DNA of 64,000 nt from NCBI GenBank assembly GCA_001687465.1, contig LVLI01000013.1, positions 1 to 64,000 on the forward strand, given 5' to 3'. The notes below the pieces were generated by a model. It was not told the origin of the DNA, made no database searches, and worked only from the letters and a program-made list of their open reading frames with translations. Made by a program: the position numbers and the translations under genes. The stretch is from Halocafeteria seosinensis (lineage: Eukaryota). Of this stretch, positions 60,721 to 64,000 are shown in pieces; positions within the stretch are counted from its first letter, which is position 1, and each line of letters starts with the position of its first letter.

Positions 60721-61620
60721 ACACAGCAGGCAGCATACTGTTAACGGCAGCCGTTAGAACACATACCATGGTGTCGATCGTCCATTTCAGTGGATGCATG
60801 AGGATTTGGACATTGCACCAGATGCTATGATCTCTCCAATGTAAACTCAATAACATTCAATACGTCGTACAGCTTCATTGTGTAACAATTTGTGTTTTCT
60901 ACAGCGATCAGCAATTTGTGAAGCAACTATAACTGCACGACTTCCTTAAGCCGACCCGACAGTCTGTCGGCGACAGAGTTCGTGATGCCCGAAGCAACTA
61001 AGTTTAGAGGGCTTATTGGCTGAGTCCAATTTAGGCTGCTTACGGGACACTATATCGTATCTTTGGTGTTCAAAGATATTGTTGAGAGTTTGCGTTGTAT
61101 TGTACAGAACCGTCTGTTGACAAATTATGATGCAAAGGCCGCAAAATAAGCATGCACACATTAAATATATCACATACCCTACGGTAGACTGCGAATTCCT
61201 GAATTTGAAGAACCAAATGCTCTGCTTTTAGTCTCCCAACAGAGCCTGATCGTATCAATTTTGTATGCCACATGATGCCCACATCTCGTGACGTTGAAGT
61301 TGAAGTGGCCTCCGTGCCTCTGAGAAAGTCGTGCGCGGCGAGTTGCGCCGCCCGAATTCTTTTGGGTCACCCTGCAATGCTTAGGCCAAGCTAATGGCTA
61401 ACTACGGGGATTGTAAACCACGCCTTATTTGCTGTTCCCAATCTCCACTTCGTTTGAATGAAATTGTTTGCTTCAACCTACACTTTACCAACGGAAACCA
61501 CAAAAAGGAATCAAAGGGGCGCAATACACCGAACACCTGCACAGGTAGCTGAGAGCTCCACTAGCATTGATTTAGATACCTACCACTTCCGGGTGTCTGT
61601 TTACGGCTAATCTACGGGAC

Positions 61621-64000
61621 ATGGACATGGAGGAATCAGATGGAAACGCTTCCCTGAATCAACAGGAGTCCTCTCGTCGCCGATCGTCTGACGACGCTGG
61701 AACTCATTCAGACGACGACGATAGTCGACAAATTCATCCACTGAATAACCAAGAAGGTAGGTCAGTTTCTAATGCAACAGAGGATGATGGCGTAAGGCTC
61801 ACAGGTACAGCAGGGAACACACGACGAGAGATGTCGCAACCAGACCTGCCCCACGCTGAGAGGATTACAGTGCGCGTAAAGACTCTGGACGATACAATAT
61901 TTGAGGTCACTTGCTGTTCTTCCTCGACAATCGAGGAATTCAAGAGGGTCGTTCGATCAAGAACCGAATTGAGCATAGCCCGACAGCGGCTCATTTTCCA
62001 GGGACGTCAACTGCAAAACAACGACACCCTGGATTCTTACTCGGTAAGGAATGGAGCCACGTTGCATCTTGTAGCAAGGTAAGGGTAGCGGTCGCTTGCT
62101 GGATCTGCAATGTGCAATGGATTATGACAAGTAATAATTTGATGCAGACCGGCAAGTGCTGTTGGCGAGACAAGCAATGCGGCTACCTCGAACAACGTCA
62201 CGTCATCGGCTGCCAATCAGCCTCTATCGGAAGCGACAACAACACCTGTGGGAACTCAGGATGAGCTCGCAAGTGACGCTGAAGATGCGGTCAATCCTGT
62301 AGACTTTACGCAGCTAATTTCGGTGGCTGGCTCCCTAGGGCGTATCACCGACGCACTCACGATGAGGGGGGGCCAACGGCAAGCTGGAGGAAGGTTGATG
62401 GTCCCAACTAACAACGGGAACATGGTTATTGATGCTCCTGGGGGTGTAATACGACCTGATGGAGGAGTTGTTCCAGTCATGCAACGAGATCAGCCTGTCC
62501 GGCGTTGCCCTGGTCCCGCCTTTGAAACTCGGACGGCTGCTGATTCATATGCTGTAATGCGAGATAGGCTAGTGGCGGCAGACGCGATGGATGCAATACA
62601 TGGCGCCTGGGGTCGGCAGGGTCATGGGCAAGACGGCTATCTATACTACAGCGCAGACAGTTCTTCGACTTCTCAACGGAGTGCAGAAGCCAGTGCGACG
62701 TTGGCCGAGTCTCTTCGCCCACTGGACCCTTTGTGGCAGAATATAATGACTATGGAAACTGTAGCATCTGCCGTCGGGTGGAATGTTGAATGTGGATCAT
62801 CGAGAGAACCAGGTCAGGTCTGTGTAAGGTTTGCTCAACACCAGCTTCAGCCAACTGATTTCAATGAGTCCAAGCATCAGGGACAGCATGTAGCTTATTC
62901 GGCTGAACAACCTCACGATACTTATCGGAAATATATTTCCTCTTTACCGCGTTCTTATAAGCCTGCCAATGGTAAGCCTAGACGCAGATTCCTCGAAGGT
63001 CAGTGGGTGGACGTTTGTGATACCGTCCAAAAATGGCTGGAAGCTACTATCATGAAAGTGAGTGCGGGCCAGTGGTACCAAACTGCATCACCAGTCATAC
63101 AGACAACGAATGTTCCACAGATATCTGAAGATGGAAACCAAGCGTTTATTCACTACAATGGGTGGCCTGAAAGGTATGTCAACCCAGGCTGAAAACGACT
63201 GAGACGGGTTGCCTTGTTATTTCTTTCTCCTATTATGGAGAGCAGATGGGACGAGTGGATCAACGTGGACTCCCCCCGCATAGCTCCATTTCGTACAAGG
63301 ACAACACATGGTACGTGTGCCTTACTGCGTCTACAGAATCTTGAAATACAATAGACGCGCAATGCAGCTCTCGAGTCCCGTTCGTGCCCGGTCCCTGTGA
63401 CAATATGTAGAGAGTCTCCTGTCTTGCCAGTTAATTTCCAATCGTTGGATAAGCTGATCCCATACGCTGTCCCTTACGCGGAAACTACTACTAACATGCT
63501 GTGTCGGTTTGGTCACTTGATTAATGCGACCAGTTCGAATACGGCGAAGAGGACAGTTCGGAGAGAAGCGATGGCATCCGAAAGTGAAGACAACTTGGAG
63601 GGAGTGCTGGACGACCTTCAGGGGCCCCCGCCGTCGTGGGAAGGCGCGGTGGAGTGGAAGCGCTCCGATCAAGACGCTGGTGCAGCATCGCAAGGAGACA
63701 TTGATGAATCCCCAGGCACGAGGAAGACACGGACAGAGACGAGGCAAGCGTGCTTTGAGGCTCCAAGCTCTACCGACATCCGATCGCTGGCTCAACAACT
63801 TGCCCCTATGTACGTCATTACTCTCCTTAGAGAATCCCGTTCGCTGACCTATTGTAACTGCTATTAACGTAATTACAGGTTAGATCGACTCGGTAGATTT
63901 TACATTGATCTTTCCGCTCATGTTCAAAACATAGCAAACTCATTTCCATCCGAAGACAGTCTGGAAACCGCTCGCGCGCAACGAGCTTTGTCAATAGCGT
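61621..64000 (+). CDS. Ubiquitin-like-domain protein (BAG6-like N-terminus) with Tudor/chromo-barrel-like domain; runs off the window
   Basis: ITVRVKTLD..QRLIFQGRQLQNNDTLDSYSVRNGATLHLVAR; FLEGQWVDVCDTVQKWLEATIMK|ISEDGNQAFIHYNGWPER|WDEWINVDSPRIAPFRTRT; LAPM|LDRLGR. Confidence 0.8.

Overview
Eukaryotic (protist) nuclear DNA with short GT-AG introns, mostly about 55-80 nt. DNAAF3 and an SFI1-repeat protein point to a flagellated organism; a stramenopile-like identity is only my inference. The window has two compartments. Bases 1 to about 25,400 are accessory and full of transposon debris: a SWIM/MULE-like remnant, a CRE-type non-LTR 3' end, two copies of a ~0.9 kb non-autonomous hAT element, a Ulp1-like protease remnant and a P450 fragment. 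Four intact, nearly intron-free genes sit in this debris, each with an N-terminal signal anchor: a bacterial-like SAM methyltransferase, a GT-like protein, a TTL-family ATP-grasp ligase and a GT90/CAP10 glycosyltransferase. Two probable decayed glycosyltransferases lie between them, so this may be a Golgi/surface-glycan tailoring island. Bases ~25,600-64,000 are gene-dense housekeeping DNA: DNAAF3, APE1, a rhomboid/Derlin-like protein, SFI1-like, CHK2-like kinase, RPL39, a small 3-exon orphan, mitochondrial EF-G, ERG2/sigma-1, RBM28/NOP4, PEX3, a giant coiled-coil protein and a UBL+Tudor-like protein. All family calls are motif recognition by eye; no searches were run. Single Ns at 679, 2523, 7616 and 44721 may mark assembly joins.
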